From Rozella allomycis CSF55 (lineage: Eukaryota), in assembly GCA_000442015.1 (NCBI GenBank), contig KE560966.1, positions 1 through 62,084 on the forward strand: a stretch of DNA of 62,084 nucleotides, written 5' to 3'. The notes under the pieces are model-generated. The model was not told the DNA's origin, searched no databases, and worked only from the letters and a program-made list of their open reading frames with translations. A program made the translations under genes and the position numbers. The first letter of the stretch is position 1. Each line of letters starts with the position of its first letter. Shown here one piece after another: positions 23,401 through 34,666 of this stretch.

Positions 23401-24887
23401 TTCTTTTTCTTGAATAAATTTACACAAATCTATCATTTCTTTAATTATTAGTTTCCTCTTTTCATCTTGTTTATCAAATATTTCTTCCAATTCTTTAATT
23501 GTTTCTATTTTCTGCATAAAATGTTTCTTTTTAAACTTATTTTGTTGAAGTGGTTCAATGCACTCAACACCATTCTCAATGATATCTACACTCTCACCAA
23601 GCGTTTCAATAGATTCACATTCAACTTTATTTCTGTCACAGTCAAGAACTGGACTTTCAACATTCATTCTATTAGAATATATTTCTATTTCATCTTTCAA
23701 CTCTCCTTGCTCCACTTGATCCACTAATTCAACTTGCTGCTCATCTTTCACTTCCTCATTCTCAACCTGCTCAACCTGTTCATCTTTCTGCTCATCTTTC
23801 ATATCAACTTTAACCTTCTCCCCAATAATCTTCCTCTTCTTCCTAATACTCTTCTCCAATTCCTTCACCTGCTTCCACCTGCTCCCCAACCTCTTCTGCA
23901 AATCACTCTTCCTCACACAAAACTCCCTTTCAACAACCTCCAACTTGCTCAAATGCCCCTCCACTTGCGCAACCTCAATCTTCAACTCCTCCAGCCTAAT
24001 CTGCATCTCATTCTTTTCAAACTCAACCTGCTTCATCTGCCCATTCAGCACCTTCATCTCCTTGCCATGCTTCTCAATCTCTTCAATCAATACTCCAACC
24101 CTCTCTTTCTGCTTCTCCATCTCAGCCTTGATAAAATCCTTGTTTTTGTCGTTCATAAGATACAATCCACTCATGCCCTCTTCTATCCTAGGCATCCGTC
24201 GCGTCTTCATCTCCATCTTGTACTCTTTCGTCTCCTCATCGTCCTCGGAGTTTATACTATCGCTTAGCGTTTCTTCTGATTCTTCATATTCTATCACTAG
24301 TCTATTTTCGGCTTTTATTTCTTCGCGGGTTTTTATTCCCTTCCAGACATTATATATATCTTGATCTTGGTCTTTCATTTCTTCATCAACTTTCTCTTTG
24401 ACTTTTTCTCCATCTTTTATTTCCGCATCTTCTTTTATTTCAACATGCTCATCTTTCAACTGATTTTCTGTATTCTCCTTAGCATTTTCACCAATCCCCT
24501 TCTCTTCAGCTTTACCATCCTTCTCTTCCTCTACCTTCTCTCCTCCCTTCTCTTCATTCTCACTCCTCCTCTTCAAATTACTCCTCCTTCCAACATACGC
24601 CTTCCGATAATCAATCACCGGCTCACTCCCCTTCCTAAACACATTCAAAACCTCCTCCTTCTTCTTCCCCTCCCTCTTCCCAAACCCTCCAAACCCTCTC
24701 CCAACAATCTCCTCGGGCCCAATCCTTCCCCCACTCAACACCCCTATCCGCTCATTCAAATCCCTCAGCAAATCACTCACAAACATTCTATTGCTCATAA
24801 ACACAGAAAATCGCTCCTCCACAGTCCTATCACATCCAAATACTAAATTTACCCTCGTTTGCTGCGCTTCGACATCATTTCTGACAT
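19766..24887 (-). CDS. Zinc finger C3H1 protein, ZFC3H1/Red1-like (acidic coiled coil + zf-C3H1 + helical repeat C-terminus)
   Basis: IDPNRIICRFDSKCNDKKCSFIH matches the zf-C3H1 pattern, preceded by SPIESFSNFKF. The 901-aa and 649-aa ORFs are separated only by N22121. First exon MSEMMSKRSKRG at 24887. Confidence 0.65.
20996..21070. repeat. Coding tandem repeat, 5 x 15 nt (LNEKD)
   Basis: (AATCTTTTTCATTTA)x5 with one variant unit, read directly from the sequence. Confidence 0.9.
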
Positions 24888-24965
24888 TACAAGGGTCAAC
24901 CCGCTGAAATCGTGGATCGGTTGCAGTTTAAAAGTTGCAAAAAGTCAAAGTGTTTTTTTAGATTC

Positions 24966-25878
24966 ATGTCAGCCATGGTTCGTGGAAAAATTTTGAATGC
25001 TGGTCCACTCAAATTCATATACTCGGCGTACGCTATAGCGCATCCAAGCAAAATGGCATTGAAAGCAAATACTTTTAAGAATATATTCCAGGCGGGGGAA
25101 GACGCTCACCTTTTATCTGCAAAACACTTAGCCATCGCGGACGGAATATCTATTCAGCCTTCCGGTACAGTACTCAACACTTATGCGCAATGCATTCTTG
25201 CAAACATGCTAAACATTATACACGCTCAGGACGATCCATCCGACAATGACTATCTAGTGAATCAAAGCAACATGCATATTCTCCAAAAAGCGTACACCAA
25301 TCTACCAGCATCTACACAGGGTTCGGCTACAGGTAATACAACAATTCAACACACACATAGTCCTGCTTACATCCATACAAGACTGTACCCTCCAATTCAC
25401 ACAACTAGGCGACACAGTTTTCAGAGTAATTAGAGACGGCCGGTTCATCATAAAAAGCTGTGACATGCAGCATTCCTTCAACTATCCCTACCAGCTCGCC
25501 TCCACAGCCGGCGACAAACCACAAGACGCCGTTGAATACTCGCTACAAGCACGTTGCGGCGATATAATCGTCATGGGCAGCGACGGCCTCTTTGACAATA
25601 TATTCGACGACCGAATTCTTGAAATTGTTAACCAAGTTGGCGATAAAAACAGCGGTAAGGATTATACTTCCGAAGAGATGCTCAAACAAAAGACAATGGT
25701 GATATGCGATGCATTGGGCAATATGGCTAGAGATATTTCAATGGACGTGAATGCAAACACTCCGTTTTCAGAAAAGGCTCTGCATGAAGGAATCCCGTAT
25801 CATGGCGGGAAAATGGATGATATAACTGTCATCGTCGCAACGCTCGCAGCTGAAGAAGACTCGCCTGATAGAAGATGA
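24966..25878 (+). CDS. PTC7: PP2C-family phosphatase, Ptc7/Azr1-like
   Basis: GEDA, IADG, GSAT, LGD, QHSFNYPYQL, GSDGLFDN and GGKMDDITV. One 28-nt intron. Confidence 0.9.
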
Positions 25879-25916
25879 TATTAAATTAAATTGCTGGTAT
25901 TATTTATTCCTCTACA

Positions 25917-27022
25917 TCATATCGTACCGTCATATGCTGACATTATCGCGATCATATCGAATTTGAAAAATTGTGTCTATTTCATTTTCTACATTGTATT
26001 TACCAGATCGATTCCCTGTTCTTTCAACTCTTCATCCTCTATCATTTTCTTGTGAATTTCTTTTGTCAATATCTGAACTTTTTGTGTTTGCACTTTTTTG
26101 ACATTGGAATGCTCACTCTTGTATCCTGAACTGCTCTCATATTTCTTTGAACTCTTTTTAATTTCTGGCTCGCTATTGTAGGACGACGCTTTGCTTTTCA
26201 GATCTGGCGATTTCAAAAGGTCCTTGTAAAGTCCGCCTTTTAGGAACTTTTTCATTTTCCTTTGTTATATAGACAGTATTTCTACTTTAGAAATGGTTTC
26301 ACGTTATAATATCGTTCAGGCTTTTTGCTGATATCTGCAATATTGTGCCAGGCTATTTTCTTTTCCGATTACACCATCAAAATTACGCTAATCTCTTTTC
26401 TTGTTCTAGTAGCAAATGTTGAATTTTCTGGTATACCAACTGCTACGTACATTCTAGCTCTCTTTTCAAGAAAGAGTTCGATATAATCTTGTTCGTTTAC
26501 GAATTCCGAAATGTCAAAACCGGTCTCTTCCAGAACCTGTTATTATTCAAGATCTATGCCTGGCATACCTCTCTGATGGCACAGCTCATTTCGTTTTCAT
26601 TTTGATTTATCTTTCCCCTCGGAAATGACCATGTAGAGCCAGAGTATCCTTTCACCAAAAGTACCTGAATAAATACATCACTTTTATTAAACCTTATCCT
26701 TTTCTTCATTGAGAATAACAGCTCCACAAACGGGCACTTTCCCTTTGTAGTTTCTGAACATGTTTATCACTTCATCCACAATATTTAAATGCTGATTTAG
26801 AGATGGGCAATGCTTAAATAAATATTCTGCAAATGATTTTAAATTCATTTTTGGTAGTTGTGGATTGTTTTCTCTATAAAAGTCATCGTAAAACCAGTGT
26901 GCCTGTTCAATCTGAAAACCGAGCCTCTCAAATGAAGCTAAATCTTCTTCTGGTATGTTTAATATAAATCGAGCAGACAGATCGTCAAATACATACTCTA
27001 ATGGGTCCTCCCCTTCGGCCAT
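25917..27022 (-). CDS. DCP2: mRNA decapping enzyme Dcp2
   Basis: Box A DDLSARFILNIPEE..FQIEQAHWFYDDF; Nudix WSFPRGKINQNE..CAIREVLEETG; TRKEIS. Introns of 27-32 nt. Confidence 0.95.
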
Positions 27023-27250
27023 GTAAATTTGGAATTTTCGACATATACATCCTATAACCACGCATAATTTTTTAAAGCAAGAAATAAACAACTTCAAACT
27101 TGTATATTAAATGCAAGTAGTGCATTACAAGTCTACGGCATATCGATAAATGATTCAAATTCTTTACGAGTTCTGATCTGTGTGCCACACAAAAATAATA
27201 AATATTTTATAGAGCCTATAGGCACAAGAAAGATCTTTCAAAAAGAAACT

Positions 27251-27257
27251 AAAAAAA
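27251..27257 (-). terminator. RNA polymerase III T-tract terminator of tRNA-Ala
   Basis: T7 on the minus strand immediately 3' of the tRNA. Confidence 0.8.
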
Positions 27258-27258
27258 G

Positions 27259-27282
27259 TGGAGTTGCGGGGTATCGATCCCC

Positions 27283-27315
<33 letters not shown>

Positions 27316-27331
27316 TCTGAGCTACAACCCC
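27259..27331 (-). tRNA. tRNA-Ala (anticodon AGC)
   Basis: GGGGTTGTAGCTCAGATGGTAGAGCGCGCGCTTAGCATGCGCGAGGTACGGGGATCGATACCCCGCAACTCCA folds as a 73-nt cloverleaf with a G3:U70 pair. Confidence 0.96.
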
Positions 27332-27491
27332 TATGAATAAGAAACTAGCTTAAAATATTTGTTGTTTCCATACTTGATTTATTGCATTGAAAAAAATACA
27401 GAGGATAAAATGAAATGATAGAATATTTTCATGATTTTAGTACTTCACTCTTTTTGTTCATATATTCTGTGAGCGTTCACAAATTTCCTAA

Positions 27492-29148
27492 ATGTCTGAT
27501 TCTGAAGATAGCTTAAACGATGAGACGTTTGGTGATATCAACATTCAAGGTATAGTGATACTTAGATTTTAAAAGGTGAATTTGATTTTTCTGGCGCTAC
27601 AAAAAATTTCGTCGAAAGTTATAGTGTTCCCATAAAAGAAACGGTCACAAGCAAGTCAGTGACACCCAGTGGCATCAAAAAGAAGGTTCTGACATTAGAA
27701 GAATTGGAAGCGTCTTTTATGAAAACTGCTGTTGAATCGGACACTCAAGTCCAACAAGGGAGAGTTCTTGAGCGTTTACCTGAAGCTTTTCTCTTACCAT
27801 CAAAAAACGATAGTCTGTTAGAACCACTTCAATCCAAACCTTTGAAAAATGATCCTTATGCAGGCTTGATGACCAAAGAAGACATTGCATACATTTCAAA
27901 AATGCAAATTAAACACATGGCCGGTGAAAATAATGAAATTGATGATTATTATTATGAGCATTATCGCAAAAAACAAGATGCTAAAGAGACCAGATATCTG
28001 CCAGTTCCCCTAGTCCAACATAAGAAAAAAGGAAAGGTTACAAACTGTAACATTCATAATACTAAAAAAATAGTGACAAAAGAGGGGGCTCTTGGGAAAA
28101 TAGCCTTGAACTCTATTCGAAATCCAAAACAACAATTAACAATTGAGAAAAAGCAGGGAGACAATTCAGGGGAAACGAATACGCAAACAAAGATTCAGGC
28201 ATCTAGGAAAATGCAAAAACAAATTTTGAGGCTGATAGAAGATGGATTTTCTATTTTGCTAGAATGTTCAGAATCGAAAGAAAAGGAAATGGATTTGTCA
28301 TTTGTAGAGAGGTATGTGTTTGATAAAACTGTGATAGACAAGCTCAGAATGAAGAAATACGAGAAAAAGTGTTGAAATACATGAAAAAGATACTCTTTGA
28401 AGAAGTTGGCGATTCGTAATTTACAACATTCAATAATATAGATTTCACATTCCAGTGTTGATTCAAGTGCTAAACCATACCAAAGGCAAAAGGCTTTTAA
28501 AGAAATTGATCTCATACCTTGACAATGTTAGCAAATGTCAATTATTAGATATATTTATAAGATATTTCGAGTATATTGACGTTGTTAGTCCATTCGCAGG
28601 ACATGAAGAAGTAAGCCGAAAAGTTAAATATTTTTAGATTGAAGTCTTTGTCCAGTCGTTATTAATGCCAATGGCAGAATTTGTAAATGAAATAGAAATG
28701 TCTCGATTACTATCTTGGCTCAACATTCTTGTTGACAAGACTTCATTTCTGAAAATTGCAATGAGTAAAGCTGGTTTAGTTTTACTTTGTGTCTTTGTTA
28801 GCAGGGGAGACTTTTTGAAATCTTCTGATGAGAAGAATACGTATACAGTTCAATGGTAAGTAGCTCGAGGCACATGAATTTAGGGAGTCAGTAGTAGGAC
28901 GTCTTTACAAAATTTTGGAATCAAGATTTCTTGATTTATTTCCAGCTCCAACAGAAAGTGCATTTTACGTTTGGCAATTTCTTTCACTTCTAGTTACTGC
29001 CATAAGTACTGATCAAAGGCATGCACTAGTTTTGGGGGTTCGAGAGCGAGTTTTATCTACTGTTCAATCTAATAATCCAACTTTTATTCAGGACCTTAAT
29101 ATATTTTTAAATCCTTTGGGATTAGATGCGTCACAATTAACTCAATAA
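27492..29148 (+). CDS. PAT1: Decapping activator Pat1
   Basis: N-terminal LNDETFG and FDF motifs, GLMTKEDIAYISKMQI, DDYYY, LGKIALNSIRNPK, KGKRLL, VWQFL and LGLD. Confidence 0.9.
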
Positions 29149-29180
29149 AATATAATATTTCAATTCGTATGACTTTCACT

Positions 29181-29397
29181 TTATTTAAAGTCTTTCCATT
29201 CTTCCCAGCGGTAGCCAATCAATGGAAGCCTAGAATACAAATCTCTTCTTAACATTGGCAATCTTTCGCCAAAGAATACAAGTCCTAGTACCGCACAAGG
29301 AATCCATGGAAGCCTACATAAAAGATTGATCAAATACATACCAGAAAGGTGATTTAAGGTAACTCATCTTCGAATATCTCCCGATGTTAACCGACAT
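29181..29397 (-). CDS. QCR10: Cytochrome bc1 complex subunit 10-like small membrane protein (2 exons, not in ORF track)
   Basis: Spliced ~62 aa MSVNIGRYSKMSYLKSPFW-LPWIPCAVLGLVFFGERLPMLRRDLYSRLPLIGYRWEEWKDFK: one TM followed by a P..R.D....P..G pattern. Confidence 0.6.
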
Positions 29398-29580
29398 TGC
29401 AAGAACAAATATTTACCGGGGTTGTTTACTATACCTCGGAAATAAACCAGTATGCTATTTATTTAGTTATTAATAACAACCTTTCATTTGAATCAGTACC
29501 AGGTCTTTATTCGAGAAAACTTAATTAACNCAGACCTTTATTCGAGAAAACTTAATTAGCACCATTCTGAAAAACCGTGA

Positions 29581-29985
29581 ATGAGTCACCCAGACTTTCA
29601 GAAATCGATTCACGTCCTAAGAATAGAAGATATATTTGAGAAATCAAAAATAAAGAAAAATAAATGGCTAGATTTAATAAACAAGGAAAACCGTCTTCAA
29701 GAGAAGGTAGAATTCAATTGCCCGATTTTTAGATACAAAAAGTACAGGAAAAGGGATCGCAGAATTACATATATTGGGAAAACTTTAAAAACTGAGGATG
29801 AAGATGCTGACCATGCTAGTCGAGGAACAGCCGATATGCGTAGGGAACAAGCCGTTGACAATGATGATATAACCTTGGAGGCTGAAGAAGAGCACTCGTA
29901 CATTGAAGAAGAAATGGATCAAGTAGAATTGGACCTTGACGAAGACAATGAGGAGCAAGATTCAGATATTTTGTCGGACCTTTGA
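29581..29985 (+). CDS. Hypothetical protein with basic core and acidic tail
   Basis: 134-aa ORF; 5' end uncertain (N at 29530). Confidence 0.45.
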   Translation: MSHPDFQKSIHVLRIEDIFEKSKIKKNKWLDLINKENRLQEKVEFNCPIFRYKKYRKRDRRITYIGKTLKTEDEDADHASRGTADMRREQAVDNDDITLEAEEEHSYIEEEMDQVELDLDEDNEEQDSDILSDL

Positions 29986-30172
29986 ATTAAATATGTTATT
30001 TTTTAAAAAAGACCAGTTACATACAAAATAAAAATCACTTTATTTAATGATTTTCATTGATGGTAGGACAATTGTCATTACTAGTTAAGTGATGTCAAAG
30101 GTTATCAGATAATCCAAATTGCTGTCATCAACTTATAAATGGATCCGGTCGTACATGAAAATCACGAATTAA

Positions 30173-30970
30173 ATGACTCGTAGTTTAAACAAAATCGTTA
30201 TTGTTCTAACAACCGTTACCGACATGAAATCCGGTTCCAGCATGAACAAACAACCAACTACAGGATTTAATGCTGTCGAAGCAGGTTACTCATGGAGTAA
30301 AATGAATATTCAAGAGTTAATAAGAATCATTACGCCAATTAGAAAAGCAATATAACATGGAAATCGTATTCGCTTCACCTCGCGGAGGAGAATGTATGAT
30401 GTCTCCAAAAGTAACAATTTACACAAACCATACATAGTCAAGTGAGGAAGCAAAGCGTGATTTCGAATTAAAAGAGTTTTTGGAATCACGCCAAGTAATG
30501 GAAGAGATNATGACTTGGAATTTGAAAGTATTGCAGCTGTTGTTCTTATTGGTGGGCATGGGGCATTGATTGACTTTCCAAGCAGCCACGGACTTACTCG
30601 TATGTGTGAAAGAGTAGGATGGCATTATTCTTAATTACAGGTCTGGTATGAGAATAATGGAGTTATCGGTGCTATCGCACAAGGATCAATCGGATTGGTT
30701 AATATGAAGAATCCACGTTCCGGGGAACCATTCTTGAAGAATCGCAAAATCACTTGTATGACTAGCGACGAAGAGAAGAAGCTCAATGAGGATATTCCAT
30801 TTTACGTCGAAGAGAAATTGGAAGAACTTGGCGCCAAACTTGAAACTCAAAGCCCTTATCAACCAAATGTAGTCATAGAAGAAAATCGTCTTGTTAGTGG
30901 CCAGAATCCACCATCCGCAAGACAATTTGGAGAAAGATTAAGAGAATTGATCATGAATATTAAGAAATAA
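30173..30970 (+). CDS. DJ-1/PfpI superfamily protein (Hsp31-like), catalytic Cys absent
   Basis: KIVIVLT, TGF..VE, FASPRGG, AVVLIGGHGALIDF, GVIGAIAQG and RLVSGQNPPSA. Three introns; N at 30509. Confidence 0.88.
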
Positions 30971-31002
30971 TGACTAGTAATAAATTTGCTGTTTATTTGC
31001 AA

Positions 31003-33171
31003 TTAAAGATCAATTTTTAGTGATTTTTTATACTCTGCCATTGATTTATTCCACTTAGACAACTTTTGGTTGGCGCAAACATAAATATCAGTAGAGAATT
31101 CTTGTACAAACCTTTCGTCGTGAGCAACAACTAAAACTCCTCCTTTGTATACTTTTAAAGCTTCCAAAAGGGCCTCAATGCTGTCCATGTCAAGGTCTAA
31201 ATTTTAGTAAAAGAATATAATTACGATTAGTAGGTTCGTCGAGGATCATGATATGAGGGTTCTCCATCGCCATTTTTGCAAATACAACTCTTGACTTTTG
31301 GCCTCCAGACAGAGTACGGATACTTTGTAAGCTGGTCGCACCAGTAATACCAAAAGAACCAAGTATGCCTCTATAAAATTCTTGATCGTATCCAGGAAAA
31401 CACGTTTGGAGATGCTCTACACTAGACACATTCAAATCAAGTTGGTCAATATGATGTTGGCTAAACAATGAAACTTTAACTTTTGATTGTTTATAACATT
31501 GACCTTTGGATGGTTTTAATTGTTCAGTGATTAATTTTAGAATTGTTGTCTTTCCAGAACCGTTGGCACCAATCTAAATTACATTTCTAATTATGATTTA
31601 CAATGGCTATTCTTGAGGACATGTCAACGTTCAAATTCACATCTTTAATTATGAGTCTGGCTGAATCGTAACCAAATTCTACATCCTGAAGTTGCAACAA
31701 AGGTGGATTAAGAAATTCTGGATCAGGGAAATTGAAGTGGATAGCTCCTTCAGCCACTACAGGGGCCAGTTCAGGCAGCTTTTCAAGGATTTTTATTTTA
31801 CTTTGAGCTTGAGCAGCTCTTTTAGCATTATATCTAAATCTATCAATAAATGATTGCAAGTGTTGTCTATATTGAAGTTGATTCTCATATTCTCTTTGTT
31901 GGTTTTTCATTCTATCTTCTTTAGCCGCTAAAAATGTTGAATAATTTCCCTTGTAATACGCCAAGTTACAATCTTTAAGATGTATTATGTCAGTAGTAAC
32001 TCCTTCAAGAAATGATCTATCATGAGAAACAACTAAGACAGTCTTTGGCCAACTAAGTAGATAGTTTTCTAACCATATCATCGCAACAATATCAAGTGTA
32101 TTTGTAGGTTCATCAAGTAACAATAAATCTGGTTTCATAAAAAGAGCCCGCGCGAGTGAAAGTCTCATTCTCCAACCTCCACTAAATGTTCTTGTTGGTT
32201 TTTGTTGCATTTCCATTGAAAATCCCAAACCACTAAGTATCTTCGAAGCCCTTTATAAAATAACTTGAAATGAAATACCTTGTTGTGGCTGTATCAGATT
32301 CAATATCCATTAATTTCTTTTGCACCAATGGCAATTCAGATAAGGCCTTTTCTTTCTTTTTATCGTCAGGATAATTATCACCAAGTCTTTTCAGTAAATC
32401 TGCTTCTTTATTAAGATAATAATTTCTTTCCAAATCTGCATCAATAACACATTGTAGTGCAGTAGTATCATCTCCAACAATCTCTTGCTCCACATGCAAA
32501 ATGCTTAAAGATCTTGGAATATCTATCTGTCTTGTAGCAATAGCCTTTAACAGAGTAGATTTTCCAATACCGTTTCTTCCAATTAAACCATATCTTCTTC
32601 CATAATTTAATGAGAGAGTCGCATTGCTCAAAATTCTCTTGCCAGCAAATCCAATATCGAAATTTTCTACTCTTACGTCTCTTACACGCTTAGCATCATC
32701 ATCAACCGGCACCCACGTTGTTTCGTCAACCTTCTTGTCATGCGAGAATTCAGTTGCTTCAAAATTATTAATGCCCCTCTTCTCAGCCTTCAACTTTCTT
32801 TTTTCTTCAGACTTTCTCAATTGTTCCTGGTCAACCAGTGATTCTCTAGTAGCAGACGCTTGAATATGACTTATAGAAACTTTCTTTTTCTCTATTTCTT
32901 CAATGTCTTTCATCTTAAAGGTTTCTTCGAGCCTCTTTAAACTGGTATCGTCAACTTTATCTTCAACTCTTCCAAGTAGCTTTGATAGTTCTTTGCAAAT
33001 ACTTTCAATCTCCTCTTCCGGTAGACCACTAGAGTCAATCAAGATGGGTCCGATGGTTTCAAACAACTCCTCTTTCACATCTTCGTCTCGAATAATTCCA
33101 TTAACATATTCTAAAATTTCTGAATCTACACTTGGGAATTTTGTTTCGAGATATGACGCTGAAGAAAACAT
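31003..33171 (-). CDS. GCN20: ABC-F protein Gcn20/ABCF3
   Basis: Two ABC domains (GRNGIGKST, FSGGWRMR, LLLDEPTN; GANGSGKTT, LSGGQKSR) and linker RYNAKRAAQAQSKIK. The ORF extends upstream to 33225. Confidence 0.95.
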
Positions 33172-33357
33172 CAAACCAAACTGACTTGACTCAGCCACAG
33201 GACCAAGGTGAGAATACGGCTCCATTCACAATGTATTCTGTTTTCTTATTCTCTGCTCTATTTTCCCTTCGCCTACTCCTAGATAACATGGTATAATCCT
33301 GAAACTGTCAAGATGACTCATACCTGGTCAGTGGCTTTGAAAGATCCAGATCAGAAA

Positions 33358-34543
33358 ATGGTTTGGCTCTATTTTCTGTTTCTGCTAGTACTCGTCGATT
33401 GCCATGATCTTGAAGCTATTAAAAATACCAATATTTTGCACGTGTATGATATTTGTTCAGAAATATCTGCCTTTGAGATTCTGGACTCTCGTGATATCGT
33501 TGCTCTAAGATTATGTGATTCTACGTTACGCTATTTTCCAGAATCTAAGAGATGCTTTGAGCCTATGATGAAATATTTAAAAAAGAATGAATACTTTCAT
33601 GATCTAGATCCTGATGAAATCCGCAGAATAGAGAGAGCATTAAAGAGGCTAGCTTTTAGGTTTCCATTTTACACACTAAATTCAATAATGCATTATTTTT
33701 CGCGAGAAGATCTTGTTTTCTATTCTAAAATTGCATCCCAAGGAGACAGGAGGTGGATTCCTTNGACGGTGGATTCCTTTCCATGAACTCTCAAAGGTAT
33801 TTTATGAAAACAGACGTTTTAAAAGTACACATATTTTACCTCTTGCAATCCATATATTAAGAGATGATGAAAATGTAGCAATAAAATTAGCAAGTGTCAG
33901 ACTACTATACAAAACATGTTTTCTCGTAAATGATCCAAAAGAAGTTGAAAAAGAAATTTATAAATGCTTGAAATATGTCATTGCAAACAATAATTTGAGT
34001 TTACGTGAAGCAGATATAATTTGTCTTGTAGGTTTTAGCTGTTTTGATAATAAGCAGTCAAACATTCTTTTGCGCTTGCTTCATAGACATCAAAATTTGA
34101 AAGTTCTTAAAAGAGTTGTCTTTAATCCGTATTATATGAGAGATAACTTGGGATTCTTGACTAAAAGTATACAAATGGTCATAAATTTTTTGGTAACTTC
34201 AATAACAACATCAATACTGATTTATGGCTTTAATACTTTCAAATCACCATTATTTAATATATTTGTGAGTTATATAATTTATATAATTCATAGCTACTCG
34301 TATATTTATCATAACTGGCCAAAGACATTGCGCGAGGCCAATAGAGGCCGCCTTCCTGAAATCTATCGCATTGGCTTCATTCCTATTAGAAGATTATATA
34401 GCCCGCTAAGCATTATTCTTGATCTATTAGGAATATATATGATTGGAAACTGGTCACAGAATATCTTAAGTTACATGGTAATTTATTCATTTTTCCCACT
34501 TCGAGCCATATTGATGCATATATACTATATTTTTAAAAAATAA
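33358..34543 (+). CDS. Signal peptide + F-box-like + C-terminal multi-TM family, member A
   Basis: MVWLYFLFLLVLVDC signal peptide. The frame break coincides with an N33764 duplication. Collinear similarity to 34667-35868. Confidence 0.7.
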
Positions 34544-34666
34544 ATTCTTCATTCGCATTTGCTAAAACTGATCTTTCTTTTTGACAGCTGTCATTATCTC
34601 CAATCACGTGAAAGTTTGTTAGTGACATTAACAAAAACGTTGGCGGCGTAATTCAAATTCCAAAAA

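Noticed and set aside
22274-24846. Several plus-strand Leu/Ser/Phe-rich ORFs antisense to the acidic coiled-coil gene
   Set aside because: They are shadow ORFs produced by the purine-rich, low-complexity coding strand.
33740-33790. Apparent frameshifts or pseudogenisation in the F-box-like genes and others (N at 2570, 10738, 12354, 22121, 30509, 33764, 35272, 41709, 47264)
   Set aside because: Each break coincides with a single N, usually with a short duplicated overlap. These are contig-join artefacts, not programmed frameshifts or pseudogenes.
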